DNA of 64,000 nt from an uncultured Nitrospiraceae bacterium. GTDB taxonomy: Bacteria > Nitrospirota > Nitrospiria > Nitrospirales > Nitrospiraceae. The notes under the pieces are model-generated. The model saw nothing but the letters and a program-made list of their open reading frames with translations. It was not told the origin of the DNA and made no database searches. Below are positions 48,480 to 58,555 of this stretch, piece by piece; within the stretch, counting starts at the first letter, position 1, and each line of letters opens with the position of its first letter. The stretch is taken from contig CAVSTP010000002.1 in the NCBI GenBank assembly GCA_963730935.1, positions 960,001-1,024,000 of the forward strand. Reading direction: 5' to 3'. Made by a program: the position numbers and the translations under genes.

Positions 48480-49613
48480 CTAGCTCTTCCAGCGAAGGGT
48501 GACGCGGCCTTTGAGTGGATGCTCGAGCGGTTGTCCGGTTTGCACGGACGCGAGGTGTGCGGCCTTTAGCTTGTAGTACCATTTCGTCGGCTCGTCTGCG
48601 TCATCCAGCAACATCAGCGCCGGCTTGTAGCGCAAGCCGACCGCTTGCCGTTCCATCGCCTGCTTATCTTGCTCCAGGAAGTTGTTGCCAAAATAGCGGA
48701 AGAGCGTTTTTGAAAACGGTATCCAGGTCAATGCGTTCCAGGCGGCGCAGAAGTCGATCCGGCACTGCTGATCGGTGAGGGGGGTGACCATGGCCCGCAT
48801 GGACACGAAAATGTTGCCGCATTGAACGAACTCGAATCGCTGGTTGGGTAGCAGAAAGTCGATCGTCGTTGTGGGCGAGCCGCCGTAGAACAGATTCAAG
48901 AGCTTATATGGTTTGCTGTTCTTGGACGGCGGATGCGGGATCATACGGAAACCGGCCGGGAGCGGTTCAAACGTCTTGGTTTTTTCATGCATGCTCGCCG
49001 GTGTACGCCACAAGGGACTTTGATGGACGAACGGCCCGTGGAGCGGATCAACCAGGCCGATGATGCCGTCATCGATCGCGCAGTTCACCAACTTCGAAAT
49101 CTGAATCATTCGATAAGGAGAGGAAGGCAGGGGGAGTTGAGGGATGTCAGGAATCGATTGGTGAGGCTGCAACGGGTCGGCGATGAACACCCACACATAG
49201 CCGTCTCGCTCGCGGCACGGATACGTACTGACGCCAATTTTGTCGGTTTGAATCGGTGAACCAGCAGTGAGGGCAGGGATCTCTTGGCAGCGGCCTTTGT
49301 GGTCGAATTGCCAGCCGTGGTACGCACACTCGATGCAGTCACCACGCATTCGTCCGAAGGACAGGGGCATGCCGCGGTGTGGGCAAATATCCCGCAAGGC
49401 GGCGACATCTCCCGTCGAAGTCTTACACACCACGATCGGCAGCCCGAGGAGAATTGTTCCTCTCATGCTTCCGGGGCGAAGGTCTTCGCTCGTGCAGGCC
49501 GGGTACCAAAACCCGAACAGCGGCGCACTCTTGGAAGGCGGGATGTCTGTGAGCAGGTCCAAATGGGTCTCGCTGGGTCTGGTGACTATATCGTCCGCGT
49601 TGAAGCGGGTCAA
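48480..49613 (-). CDS. Rieske non-heme iron oxygenase alpha subunit (VanA-like)
   Basis: CPHRG and CAYHGW Rieske ligands; D.LH...VH and EQD mononuclear Fe site. Confidence 0.9.
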   Translation of the reverse strand: MTRFNADDIVTRPSETHLDLLTDIPPSKSAPLFGFWYPACTSEDLRPGSMRGTILLGLPIVVCKTSTGDVAALRDICPHRGMPLSFGRMRGDCIECAYHGWQFDHKGRCQEIPALTAGSPIQTDKIGVSTYPCRERDGYVWVFIADPLQPHQSIPDIPQLPLPSSPYRMIQISKLVNCAIDDGIIGLVDPLHGPFVHQSPLWRTPASMHEKTKTFEPLPAGFRMIPHPPSKNSKPYKLLNLFYGGSPTTTIDFLLPNQRFEFVQCGNIFVSMRAMVTPLTDQQCRIDFCAAWNALTWIPFSKTLFRYFGNNFLEQDKQAMERQAVGLRYKPALMLLDDADEPTKWYYKLKAAHLASVQTGQPLEHPLKGRVTLRWKS

Positions 49614-49623
49614 GGTCGTTGTG

Positions 49624-49653
49624 TTGACAGGAAAAAGATGCGGAGACTATAGT
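49624..49653 (+). promoter_or_regulatory. Putative sigma-70 promoter of dsrE-tusA
   Basis: TTGACA-18 nt-TATAGT upstream of 49706. Confidence 0.6.
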
Positions 49654-49705
49654 CAAAAACCTTCCAAAACATGACATCAGGACACATTGCTCTCGTGAGG
49701 CGTCA

Positions 49706-50236
49706 ATGACTACCACACAATTGGATCCAGCGGTTGCTCTGGCGGATCTCCAAGCCGCGAAATCAGACAGAGTCACCATTGTGCTCTTGAGCGGAGATTT
49801 GGACCGGGCAATGGCGGCCTTTATCATTGCGACCGGTGCCGCCGCCATGGGCATGAAGGTGACGATATTCTTCACATTCTGGGGGTTGAACGCGATCCGC
49901 CGGAAAGGCGCAACGAGTTCGGCCAAAGATTGGCTCCGCCGGATGTTCGGGGTCTTGAACAAGGGAGGCGCAGACAGTCTGCCGCTTTCCCGTTTTCACT
50001 TCGGCGGTGTGGGAACGAAGATGATGCAAAAAGTGATGAGGCAGAACAAGATGCCTGGCGTTCCCGAGTTGATGGAAACGGCCCTGGATCTGGGCGTTCA
50101 CTTTATCGCCTGCACGACCACGATGGGACTGATGGGCATCACGAAGGACACGTTGATCGACGGCATCGATCAGTTCGCCGGTGTGACGACGTATCTGGCG
50201 GAAGCGAAGCAAGGCAGCGTGAATTTGTTCATTTAA
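49706..50236 (+). CDS. DsrE/DsrF/DrsH-like (DsrE2) sulfur-carrier protein
   Basis: LSGDLDRA, IFFTFWGL, FIACTTTM, C-terminal NLFI. Confidence 0.9.
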   Translation: MTTTQLDPAVALADLQAAKSDRVTIVLLSGDLDRAMAAFIIATGAAAMGMKVTIFFTFWGLNAIRRKGATSSAKDWLRRMFGVLNKGGADSLPLSRFHFGGVGTKMMQKVMRQNKMPGVPELMETALDLGVHFIACTTTMGLMGITKDTLIDGIDQFAGVTTYLAEAKQGSVNLFI

Positions 50237-50259
50237 TCTCGCACGGGAGGCGGAAGCGG

Positions 50260-50508
50260 ATGACGATGCAGGCAGACGTGAAGTTGGACACGCTCGGATA
50301 TTTCTGTCCGATGCCGATCATCATGACGAGCAAGAAAATCAAGGAGCTCACGTTAGGCCAGGTGCTGGAAGTGGTTTCCGATGACGAAGGCATCAAGAAG
50401 GACATGCCGGCCTGGTGCGAGACCACGGGACATCACTTGATGGGGATGGAAGAGGAGCAGGTGACCTCGGGACTGATCTACAAGGCGTTCGTCAAGAAGA
50501 CCAAGTAA
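50260..50508 (+). CDS. tusA: TusA-family sulfurtransferase
   Basis: LDTLGYFCPMP (CPxP), LEVVSDD, DMPAWC. Confidence 0.9.
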   Translation: MTMQADVKLDTLGYFCPMPIIMTSKKIKELTLGQVLEVVSDDEGIKKDMPAWCETTGHHLMGMEEEQVTSGLIYKAFVKKTK

Positions 50509-50540
50509 CACGCGCAGTGCTGAAAGGCGAGTGGTGATGG

Positions 50541-50580
50541 AAGCCGGAGGGTAATGGGCGACACCTCCGGCTTTTTTGTT
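50541..50580 (+). terminator. Rho-independent terminator
   Basis: GCCGGAGG..CCTCCGGC stem followed by TTTTTTGTT, after tusA. Confidence 0.75.
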
Positions 50581-50599
50581 GCGGAGCGCCCCCGTTCCT

Positions 50600-52261
50600 A
50601 TGGACTGCATCGTTGAATGTGTGCCGAACTTCAGCGAGGGGCGAGATCCCGCCACGATTCAGGCGTTGATCGATGCCTTGGCCTCGGTGCCGCGGGTGCG
50701 CCTTCTGGATCATACGTCCGATTACGATCACCACCGGTCGGTGATGACCGTCGTCGGAGCTCCGGATGCCATGGAGGAAGCGATGTACCGGGCGATCCGC
50801 ATCGCGACCGATCTCATCGACTTGCGTACGCATGGCGGCGTGCATCCCCGTGTCGGTGCCACCGATGTGGTCCCCTTTATCCCGATTAAGGGCGTCTCCA
50901 TGAGGGAGTGCGTCCAGGCGGCTAAGCGCCTGGGACACCGGGTCGGCACGGAGCTCGGGATTCCTGTCTTTCTCTACGAACGGGCGGCGTCACATCGCGA
51001 TCACGCTCCGCTGGAATCGGTGCGGCGGGGGGGGGTGGAAGGCCTGGCCTTCCGCATGGCCTCAGACCCCGATTGGACACCGGATTTCGGGCCTGCCAAG
51101 CTGCATGACACCGCCGGCGCGATTGTGATCGGCGCCCGGCCTGCATTGATTGCCTTCAATGTGAATCTGGCTTCGACCGATCTTGGACTCGTCCGGTCCA
51201 TCGCCAGGACGATTCGACAATCGAACGGGGGCTTACGGCATCTCAAGGCCATCGGCGTCGAGTTGGCCAGCCGCAGCTTGGTCCAGGTGGCGATGAACCT
51301 GACGGATTATGAAGCAACGCCGCTTCATGTGGCGTTCAAGGCGGTCGAAGCTGAGGCCGTCCGACAGGGAGTAGCCATTGCGGGTGTGGAAATCGTCGGA
51401 CTCGTGCCGCAGGCAGCCATCACCGAAACAGCGAAGGATGCGCTTCGGCTCGACCGCTTGGACCCGCGCCAGGTTCTTGAACTCAGGATCGATGCCGCCC
51501 TGATCGACACCGCCAAGCCCGAGAGCAAGCCAAGCCCAACCGAAGCGATCTTCCGATCCTCCCTCCCGGAGTTCCTCGAAGCCGTGGCGGCGCCGACCGT
51601 CGTGCCAGCTGGGGCTGCCGTTGCCGCGTTCACGGGTGCGTTGGCTTCGGCGCTGGGAGTCATGGCTGCCAGAGTCAGCCGGCAGCCGGCAGTGGAACAT
51701 CGCCTTGACGAGATTGCAGTGCGGCTGAGCCATTTGCTCGAGGCCGATGGTAAGGCCTACAACACTTTTGTCGCAGCAACACGACTGCCTGAAGCCGATC
51801 GTGGACGTCCCGTCGCAGTCTCTTCCGCGCTCCATGTGGCCACCGAAATCCCTCTCGAAATGGCCGAGCAATCGGCGGAAGCTGCCGCCCTGTTGGCGGC
51901 CTGTTCCCAGGGGGTGAAATCCAGATTGCGATCGGATGTGCAAGTCGGGCTCATCCTCGCGATTGCTGCAGCCGAAGCGAGCCTGCATACCGCCAGGGAA
52001 AATATGAAAGTTCAGCCAAATCAGCAACTTAGGCAGGCGCTGATGAAGCGAGCGCACGAAGTGTCGGAGAATCTTGAGGAACTGAGGGTGCTATGTTACA
52101 CTCCGCCCCCTAGTCCTTTAGGAAAAAATTCCTTACAGGCATCGCCTGAGAAAGTGCAGACGAGAGACGAATGGAAATCAAAGTCTTCAACAACAATGTC
52201 GAGAAAGCGCTCAAAGTCGCGAAGAAAAAGCTTGCGGGGGAAGGGCTCTTCCGGGAACTGA
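50600..52261 (+). CDS. ftcD: Glutamate formimidoyltransferase / cyclodeaminase fusion
   Basis: ECVPNFSEGR, DHHRSV, HPRVGATDVVPF; C-terminal cyclodeaminase-like helical domain. Confidence 0.9.
   Translation: MDCIVECVPNFSEGRDPATIQALIDALASVPRVRLLDHTSDYDHHRSVMTVVGAPDAMEEAMYRAIRIATDLIDLRTHGGVHPRVGATDVVPFIPIKGVSMRECVQAAKRLGHRVGTELGIPVFLYERAASHRDHAPLESVRRGGVEGLAFRMASDPDWTPDFGPAKLHDTAGAIVIGARPALIAFNVNLASTDLGLVRSIARTIRQSNGGLRHLKAIGVELASRSLVQVAMNLTDYEATPLHVAFKAVEAEAVRQGVAIAGVEIVGLVPQAAITETAKDALRLDRLDPRQVLELRIDAALIDTAKPESKPSPTEAIFRSSLPEFLEAVAAPTVVPAGAAVAAFTGALASALGVMAARVSRQPAVEHRLDEIAVRLSHLLEADGKAYNTFVAATRLPEADRGRPVAVSSALHVATEIPLEMAEQSAEAAALLAACSQGVKSRLRSDVQVGLILAIAAAEASLHTARENMKVQPNQQLRQALMKRAHEVSENLEELRVLCYTPPPSPLGKNSLQASPEKVQTRDEWKSKSSTTMSRKRSKSRRKSLRGKGSSGN
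52074..52102 (+). promoter_or_regulatory. Putative sigma-70 promoter of rpsU, inside ftcD
   Basis: TTGAGG-17 nt-TACACT with extended -10 TG and a GC-rich discriminator (CCGCCCCC). Confidence 0.6.
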
Positions 52262-52365
52262 AGCGGCGGCGGTATTACGAAAAGCCCAGTGTCCGCAAGA
52301 AAGCCAAACAGCGGGAAGCTCAGCGTCGCCGTCAGAAGTGGTTGTCGAAGCGCCGGCCGGAATAA
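52171..52365 (+). CDS. rpsU: 30S ribosomal protein S21
   Basis: EKALK..KKK...G.FRELKRRRYYEKPS. Confidence 0.97.
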   Translation: MEIKVFNNNVEKALKVAKKKLAGEGLFRELKRRRYYEKPSVRKKAKQREAQRRRQKWLSKRRPE

Positions 52366-52416
52366 CCCCTCCGTTCATCCGCAGCGCCATCCTACATCGT
52401 CAGTCCGACTGGTTCC

Positions 52417-53082
52417 GTGGTCATGCGTGAGGATCAGATCCATGCAGCGATCAAGATCCTCAGGCGGGAGGTCCGCCGATGGCAGGAACCGGTCGTCGGG
52501 GTCGTCGCCCGGGAATCGGCTCGAGATCCGTTCCGCATTCTGATTTCCTGCCTGCTCAGCCTGCGAACGAAGGACAAAACGACCAGTGAGGCCAGCGCGC
52601 GTCTGTTTGCCCTTGCGCACACCCCGGCCGGGCTGCTGAAGCTGTCACGGCGCAGGATCGAACGGGCAATCTACCCTGTGGGCTTCTACCGTACGAAAGC
52701 CAAAGCCATCCATGCCATTTGCCGCCGACTGCTCGAGGTGTATGAAGGCAAGGTGCCACAGTCGATCGACGAGTTGATCACCCTAGAAGGCGTCGGACGT
52801 AAGACAGCCAATCTGGTGGTGACGGTCGGCTACCAAAAACCGGGGATCTGCGTGGACATCCATGTTCATCGGATCAGCAACCGTTGGGGGTATGTGAAGA
52901 CGAGGACGCCGGAAGAGACCGAACAAGCGCTCCGCGCCAGACTCCCGAAACGCTATTGGATCACCTTCAACGATTTGCTTGTGCCCTACGGCCAGAATCT
53001 TTGCCAGCCGGTTTCCCCCTTCTGCAGCCGCTGCAAGCTCATCGACATGTGCGATCAGGTGGGAGTCGTCCGGTCTCGTTAG
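52417..53082 (+). CDS. nth: Endonuclease III
   Basis: HhH GVGRKTANLV, VDIHVHRI, C-x6-C-x2-C-x5-C Fe-S motif. Confidence 0.95.
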   Translation: MVMREDQIHAAIKILRREVRRWQEPVVGVVARESARDPFRILISCLLSLRTKDKTTSEASARLFALAHTPAGLLKLSRRRIERAIYPVGFYRTKAKAIHAICRRLLEVYEGKVPQSIDELITLEGVGRKTANLVVTVGYQKPGICVDIHVHRISNRWGYVKTRTPEETEQALRARLPKRYWITFNDLLVPYGQNLCQPVSPFCSRCKLIDMCDQVGVVRSR

Positions 53083-53104
53083 AATGACCAACGACGGTGA
53101 CGGC

Positions 53105-53527
53105 TCAGATGAACAGCGTCGTTTCGGCATCGGCCGTCAGGGAGATAATGGCGGGCAGCCCTAAGACTTCGTCGACCTGCTTGGACACGGCCTCTCCATC
53201 GACGCCCATGTATTCCAGCCCAGCGCTGCAGGCGATGATGCGGAGCTTCCCGACCAGCTTCGCCTCGGCGAGCATCTCGGAGATCTTCGGAACCTTCTTC
53301 TCTTTGAGCAAGCGTGCGACCTCCTCGCTCGAGGCGGCATATTCCGGCGGAAAGTCGATCTGATCGATTTTCCCTTCTGCCAGTTTCTTGATCGTCCAGA
53401 ACAGCAGAATGACGATGACGTCTTTGCCCATGGCCGCTGCCGTCAGGCCGAGCGTGCCCACCTGATGGAGCTTGTCGTATGTGGCATTGTGGGCGAAGAG
53501 GACGAACTTGGGTTGCGGCTGGCTCAT
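53105..53527 (-). CDS. DsrE-family protein
   Basis: TAAAMGKDV..LLFW, IIACS, C-terminal TLFI. Confidence 0.8.
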   Translation of the reverse strand: MSQPQPKFVLFAHNATYDKLHQVGTLGLTAAAMGKDVIVILLFWTIKKLAEGKIDQIDFPPEYAASSEEVARLLKEKKVPKISEMLAEAKLVGKLRIIACSAGLEYMGVDGEAVSKQVDEVLGLPAIISLTADAETTLFI

Positions 53528-53528
53528 T

Positions 53529-53873
53529 TTACGGCTTCGGAATGCGGGCCTTGACACTGTTGATGTAATCGTTGATTGCCGCGTCGACCTCAATCGGGGC
53601 CAGCGGGCGATCGTGCGTTTCGCTTTCGTCGAGGACATACTGGTCTCGGTCCTTTTCTTGACGGACGATCACTGTATTTTCCGGTGTGACCTCGACGAGC
53701 ATGAACCACTCGCGTGCGCCCTGGGTGATCACGACCTCCTTGCCCAATCCCTTCTTGCTGACGGCAATCTGCAGCTCATCGGCCGCAGCGATGACCAGCG
53801 GCGGGGTGCTCCAGGATGCTAGAGTGAGCGGCAGGAACAGCCACAGGCAGAGGCAGAGCGGAGTCGCGCGCAT
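53529..53873 (-). CDS. Hypothetical secreted protein
   Basis: Signal peptide MRATPLCLCLWLFLPL; abuts the dsrE start. Confidence 0.65.
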   Translation of the reverse strand: MRATPLCLCLWLFLPLTLASWSTPPLVIAAADELQIAVSKKGLGKEVVITQGAREWFMLVEVTPENTVIVRQEKDRDQYVLDESETHDRPLAPIEVDAAINDYINSVKARIPKP

Positions 53874-53972
53874 GGGCGGATTATAGCCGCCGGCAGAAGT
53901 GCAGTAAACCAGGCGTTGCTGCCCGTTCGTTATCTTGAGTGACCGTAGGTCGCATGTTAGGATCCCCTCCTC

Positions 53973-54434
53973 ATGGACGGGCTGCTTTCCACGGTTCAAC
54001 AGTATGTTTCCACAGAAACGCTGATCTGGCTGACGGCGTTGTCTTTCGTCTTTTTTATCGGCACGCTCATCGCCATTCCGTTCATCCTGGTCAGGTTGTC
54101 GGCCGATTATTTTGACGTCCGGGTGCCCCGCCCCTGGATGCAGCATCATCATCCGGTTCTGCGCGTCGTCGGCCACATCGTGAAGAATGTCCTCGGGACA
54201 GTGTTCCTCCTTGCCGGGTTCCTCATGCTCTTTCTGCCGGGTCAGGGCGTACTGACCATGCTCATCGGGATTTCGATGCTGGATTTTCCCGGAAAGCGGA
54301 AAATCGAGGCGAAGCTGATCGGCCAGCCCACCGTCCTGAGCGTGATCAACAGCATGCGGAAAAAGCGTGGGAAACCGCCGCTCGTGCTTGCCCCGGAACA
54401 TGATCCCGAGCCAAGCGTCAGAGCCGAATCCTAA
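53973..54434 (+). CDS. PGPGW-type small membrane protein
   Basis: TM segments and LFLPGQGVLTMLIG..DFPGK. Confidence 0.8.
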   Translation: MDGLLSTVQQYVSTETLIWLTALSFVFFIGTLIAIPFILVRLSADYFDVRVPRPWMQHHHPVLRVVGHIVKNVLGTVFLLAGFLMLFLPGQGVLTMLIGISMLDFPGKRKIEAKLIGQPTVLSVINSMRKKRGKPPLVLAPEHDPEPSVRAES

Positions 54435-54453
54435 CGATTTGCATAGAATCTGA

Positions 54454-57114
54454 ATGCTGCCACAACCTATCGTCTCGAGCCGGCCGACATTGTACCTGAT
54501 CGACGGAAGCGCCTATATCTACCGCGCCTTCTTTGCCTTGCCCGCGCTGAATAATTCCAAGGGCCTGCAGACTAACGCCGTCTACGGTTTCACGACCACC
54601 TTGATGAAGATCATCCGTGAGCACCAACCTCACGGCCTCGCAGTGGTTTTTGACGAGGCAGGGCCGACGCTGAGGCATGAAGCCTACAAGGCCTACAAGG
54701 CCCAACGCCCGCCCATGCCCGAAGGCATGAGCGCACAAATCCCCTTCATCCATCGCGTCGTCGAGGCCCTCAACATCCCCGTGGTCAGGCAAGCAGGGTA
54801 CGAAGCCGACGACTTGATTGGCACCTTGGCCGTCCAGGCAGAACGGGCAGGGTACGAGGTTGTGATTGTCACGGGCGACAAGGATATGTTCCAGCTCCTG
54901 ACCCCGCACGTTCGCATCTACGATCCGGTGAAGAGTAAATGGGCGGGCGAAGCGGAATGCCGTGAGCGCTTCGGCGTCGAGCCGGCCCGCGTTGTGGAAG
55001 TGATGGGCTTGATGGGGGACAGCACCGACAACATCCCCGGCGTGAGAGGCATCGGAGAAAAAACGGCGATGAAGCTCATCGCGCAATTTGGCACCATCGA
55101 GGAACTCCTTCGCCGTCTCGAAGAAGTCACGCCTGCGCGTGTCAAAACTTATTTGATCGAGCAGGCGGAAAACGCCCGCCTCAGCCGGATGCTTGCCACG
55201 ATCGAGACGCGCGCGCCGGTCGAGTTTCATCCCGAACAGTATCACCTCAAACCGGCAGATCAAGAACGGTTTGCCGATCTGTTGCGTGAGCTCGAATTTA
55301 CCACCCTCCTCAAGAACCTCCAGCCCTCGACGAAGCCGCCGGCACCCAGACGGTCGGACGCCACCATCGTAATCGAGGATGAGGCCTCAGCACGGGGCTT
55401 CGTCAATGCCTTGCCGCACAATGCGCCTCTCGGCATCCAATGCCTGCTGGGAGGCGGGTCAGGTATTCAGGTGAAACTGCTCGGCCTTGCGCTGTCGTCC
55501 GGCGGGAACACGGTATTTGCTCCGTTCGACCTCCAGACCATAAGGCCCTCGATGACGGCGCTGCTCCATGACGACCAGCGGCCGAAGGTGGTTCACGATC
55601 TCAAAAGCACGTTGCTCGCGCTTCATCAGGCCGGACTCGTGGTGCGTGGTCCCTGCATCGACACGATGATCGCCGACTATCTCCTGAACCCGAACCGCCG
55701 TGACCATCAGCTTGAGACGATTGCCTTGGAAATCCTGGGGACACGGCTTCAACTTGGGCAGACGGCGGCCCCGCAGTCACTGTTCGAAATCGATACCGGC
55801 TCGCGCGCAGACGCCGCAGAAGCCGCCGCCGCTTTGGGCAGCCTTGGCCCGGCCATGAGCCAACGCCTGTCGGAACAGGGGAGCCTGACGCTGTTCAATG
55901 AGGTGGAAATGCCCCTCGTGCCGGTCTTGGTCGAGATCGAGCGGAATGGGTTTCTGCTGGACGTCGATCGGCTGCACGATCTGGGCAAGGAATTGGAGCG
56001 TGAGATGGACCGCACCATGGAAACGATTGCCGGACTGGCCGGAGGCGAGTTCAACATCAATTCGCCGAAACAGCTCGCGGCCGTCCTGTTTGAAAACCTC
56101 GGTCTCAAGCCATTGCGCAAGACAAAAACAGGCTATTCCACGGACGAAGAGACCCTGACACAGCTTGCTGCCCAGCACGAGTTGCCGACGCACATCCTGA
56201 ATTGCCGCAGCATCAGCAAGCTGAAGTCGACGTACGTCGATGCATTGCCCCTGTTGGTCGATCCACAGACCAGGCGGCTCCATACCTCGCTGAATCAGAC
56301 CGTGGCTGCTACGGGGCGGCTGTCGTCCACGGAGCCGAATCTGCAAAATATTCCGGTAAAGGGCGATTACGGACTCCGCATCCGCGAAGCCTTCATCGCT
56401 CCCCAGGGCTATGAGCTGTTGTGTGCCGACTATAGTCAGATCGAGCCTCGGATCCTCGCGCACTTGTCCCAGGATCCGCGGTTGCTGGCCGTATTCTCCA
56501 ACAGCGAGGACATTCACATGGCGACGGCCATGGAAATTTTCAGCCTGCCGGCCAGTCAGATCACGAAGGACATGCGTCGGGCGGCAAAGACCGTCGTCTT
56601 CGGCATCGTCTACGGGATCAGCCCCTTCGGCTTATCCCAGAACATCGGAGTCCCTCAGGCGGAGGCCAAGAAATACATCGAGACGTTCTTTGAACGGTTT
56701 CCGGCGGTGCGGACGCTCATGGACCGCAATATCGCCGAAGGGAGAGCCAAGGGATATACCACGACGATCCTGGGCCGCCGCCGGCCCATTCCGGAATTGC
56801 AAAGCGGAGATCCGGTCCAGCGCAGTTTCGGCGAGCGCATGGCCGTGAACAGTCCCATCCAGGGCTCGGCGGCGGATCTGATCAAGGTGGCCATGATCAA
56901 TGTCCACAAAGGCCTGCAGCAGGAATTGCCAGACGTGAGGATGATACTTCAAGTACACGACGAATTGATTTTCGAAGTGCCTGAGGAAGAGTTGGAGGCA
57001 ACCAAACGGCTCGTACAAGATGAAATGGAAGGAGTGGGTAAGCAATTGGGGTTGTCAGTACCGCTTAAAGTTGACGTGGGTGTGGGCAAAAATTGGCGAG
57101 CGGCGCATCCTTGA
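54454..57114 (+). CDS. polA: DNA polymerase I
   Basis: LIDGS.YIYRAF, YEADD, DNIPGV; TGRLSS.EPNLQNIP, ADYSQIE, LQVHDEL. Confidence 0.98.
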   Translation: MLPQPIVSSRPTLYLIDGSAYIYRAFFALPALNNSKGLQTNAVYGFTTTLMKIIREHQPHGLAVVFDEAGPTLRHEAYKAYKAQRPPMPEGMSAQIPFIHRVVEALNIPVVRQAGYEADDLIGTLAVQAERAGYEVVIVTGDKDMFQLLTPHVRIYDPVKSKWAGEAECRERFGVEPARVVEVMGLMGDSTDNIPGVRGIGEKTAMKLIAQFGTIEELLRRLEEVTPARVKTYLIEQAENARLSRMLATIETRAPVEFHPEQYHLKPADQERFADLLRELEFTTLLKNLQPSTKPPAPRRSDATIVIEDEASARGFVNALPHNAPLGIQCLLGGGSGIQVKLLGLALSSGGNTVFAPFDLQTIRPSMTALLHDDQRPKVVHDLKSTLLALHQAGLVVRGPCIDTMIADYLLNPNRRDHQLETIALEILGTRLQLGQTAAPQSLFEIDTGSRADAAEAAAALGSLGPAMSQRLSEQGSLTLFNEVEMPLVPVLVEIERNGFLLDVDRLHDLGKELEREMDRTMETIAGLAGGEFNINSPKQLAAVLFENLGLKPLRKTKTGYSTDEETLTQLAAQHELPTHILNCRSISKLKSTYVDALPLLVDPQTRRLHTSLNQTVAATGRLSSTEPNLQNIPVKGDYGLRIREAFIAPQGYELLCADYSQIEPRILAHLSQDPRLLAVFSNSEDIHMATAMEIFSLPASQITKDMRRAAKTVVFGIVYGISPFGLSQNIGVPQAEAKKYIETFFERFPAVRTLMDRNIAEGRAKGYTTTILGRRRPIPELQSGDPVQRSFGERMAVNSPIQGSAADLIKVAMINVHKGLQQELPDVRMILQVHDELIFEVPEEELEATKRLVQDEMEGVGKQLGLSVPLKVDVGVGKNWRAAHP

Positions 57115-57194
57115 CGAGAGTGGGAGTATCGATCAGGTGGAAACCGCCCGGTGCGGCTCGATGGCAGGGGCATAACGTCGACAGGAGGTGGAGT

Positions 57195-57446
57195 ATGAAC
57201 CAGGGACGCGTCATGATGATTTCTGTGGGAATCAGCATGCTGGTATCGACAGGCATCTTACTGCTGTTGAATCCGGTGACTCCCAAAGCGCAGGAGCCCA
57301 AGCGGTTCGAGTACAGGATCGTGGAAGTGCTGCCTGACACCATGAACATGCAGACGAAATTAAACGAATTCGGCATGAGCGGGTGGGAACTGGTGTCCGT
57401 CTCCATGGGCAACATGACGGAACCGAGGCTGATCTTTAAGAAATAA
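57195..57446 (+). CDS. DUF4177-like small protein
   Basis: FEYRIV..LNEFG..GWELVSV..LIFKK; AGGAGG RBS. Confidence 0.75.
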   Translation: MNQGRVMMISVGISMLVSTGILLLLNPVTPKAQEPKRFEYRIVEVLPDTMNMQTKLNEFGMSGWELVSVSMGNMTEPRLIFKK

Positions 57447-57465
57447 CCCTTTCCTCCGGGCGACA

Positions 57466-58359
57466 ATGTCGGAACGAGGCATGAACGACAAGAGTCAACC
57501 CGTCGGAGACGTCTTTGGTTCGCCAGGGACGATTGGAGTCACCAGACGAAGCTTTCTAGTCTCGACGCTGGCAACCGGATTTGCGCTGGCCGTACGGCCA
57601 ACCTGGTCAGCGACGATCGTCACGGATTCCACAGGGCTCACGGCGGGTGAGATCAGGATTCCCACCGACGAGGGCGAAATCCCGGGCTATCGAGCCATGC
57701 CGTCGGAAGGGCGGGCGTTTCCGGCAGTGCTGGTCGTGCAGGAAATTTTCGGCGTTCACGAACATATCAAGGATGTCTGCCGCCGATTGGCCAAGTCGGG
57801 CTATTTGGCAGTGGCTCCTGAACTGTATGCGCGGCAGGGTGACGTTTCAAGCCTGAGCGAGATCGAACAGATCCGCACGATCGTGGCGAAAGTGCCGGAT
57901 GCGCAGGTGATGACAGATCTGGATGCAGCCGTGGCATGGATCAAGGCTTCGGGGAACGGAAACGTCAAGAAACTCGGGGTCACCGGATTCTGTTGGGGTG
58001 GACGGATTGTCTGGTTGTATGCTGCGCACAGTGCTCAGGTGAAGGCTGGCGTCGCGTGGTATGGACGACTCGTCGGTAAGCCGAACGAATTGCAACCCGC
58101 GCATCCGTTGGACATGGCAGCGACTCTGCAGGCTCCGGTTCTCGGTCTGTACGGCGGAAGCGACCAGGGGATTCCGCTGGAGACCGTGGAACAAATGAAG
58201 CAGGCCCTGAGGGCTTCCGACAGTCCTTCGACGATTATCGTCTACCCAGATACGCCGCACGCCTTCTATGCGGACTATCGGTCGAGCTATCGTAAGGAGG
58301 CGGCGGAAGACGGCTGGAGCCGTTTGCTTGCGTGGTTCAAGGAACATGGGGTTGCCTGA
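57466..58359 (+). CDS. Dienelactone hydrolase family protein with Tat signal
   Basis: TRRSFL, QEIFG, GFCWGG, HAF motifs. Confidence 0.92.
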   Translation: MSERGMNDKSQPVGDVFGSPGTIGVTRRSFLVSTLATGFALAVRPTWSATIVTDSTGLTAGEIRIPTDEGEIPGYRAMPSEGRAFPAVLVVQEIFGVHEHIKDVCRRLAKSGYLAVAPELYARQGDVSSLSEIEQIRTIVAKVPDAQVMTDLDAAVAWIKASGNGNVKKLGVTGFCWGGRIVWLYAAHSAQVKAGVAWYGRLVGKPNELQPAHPLDMAATLQAPVLGLYGGSDQGIPLETVEQMKQALRASDSPSTIIVYPDTPHAFYADYRSSYRKEAAEDGWSRLLAWFKEHGVA

Positions 58360-58474
58360 TCCCGCTGCCTACTAGCCCGCCTCTCTGCCTACAACGCCGT
58401 TCAAACCTGTGCCGCTCGTTGGTCTCCGCCTGCAGTGTCTCCATCCTGGCCGCGCCTTGACGCGGAGTTATGAG

Positions 58475-58489
58475 TGGCACTGCTTTTGC
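58475..58489 (+). promoter_or_regulatory. Sigma-54 (-24/-12) promoter
   Basis: TGGCAC-TGCTT-TTGC, a perfect consensus core upstream of ORF 58556. Confidence 0.7.
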
Positions 58490-58555
58490 GGAGACCATCC
58501 GAGTTTCCACTGATGAAGAGATTCAGATCTATCCACCTCAGAAAGGAATACCTCC

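Noticed and set aside
50509..50600. Folate/ZTP-type riboswitch before ftcD
   Set aside because: No recognisable aptamer consensus; the hairpin plus U-tract is explained as the tusA terminator
53874..54401. N-terminal extension of the 290-aa minus-strand ORF
   Set aside because: Antisense to the PGPGW membrane protein gene; the signal peptide starts at 53873
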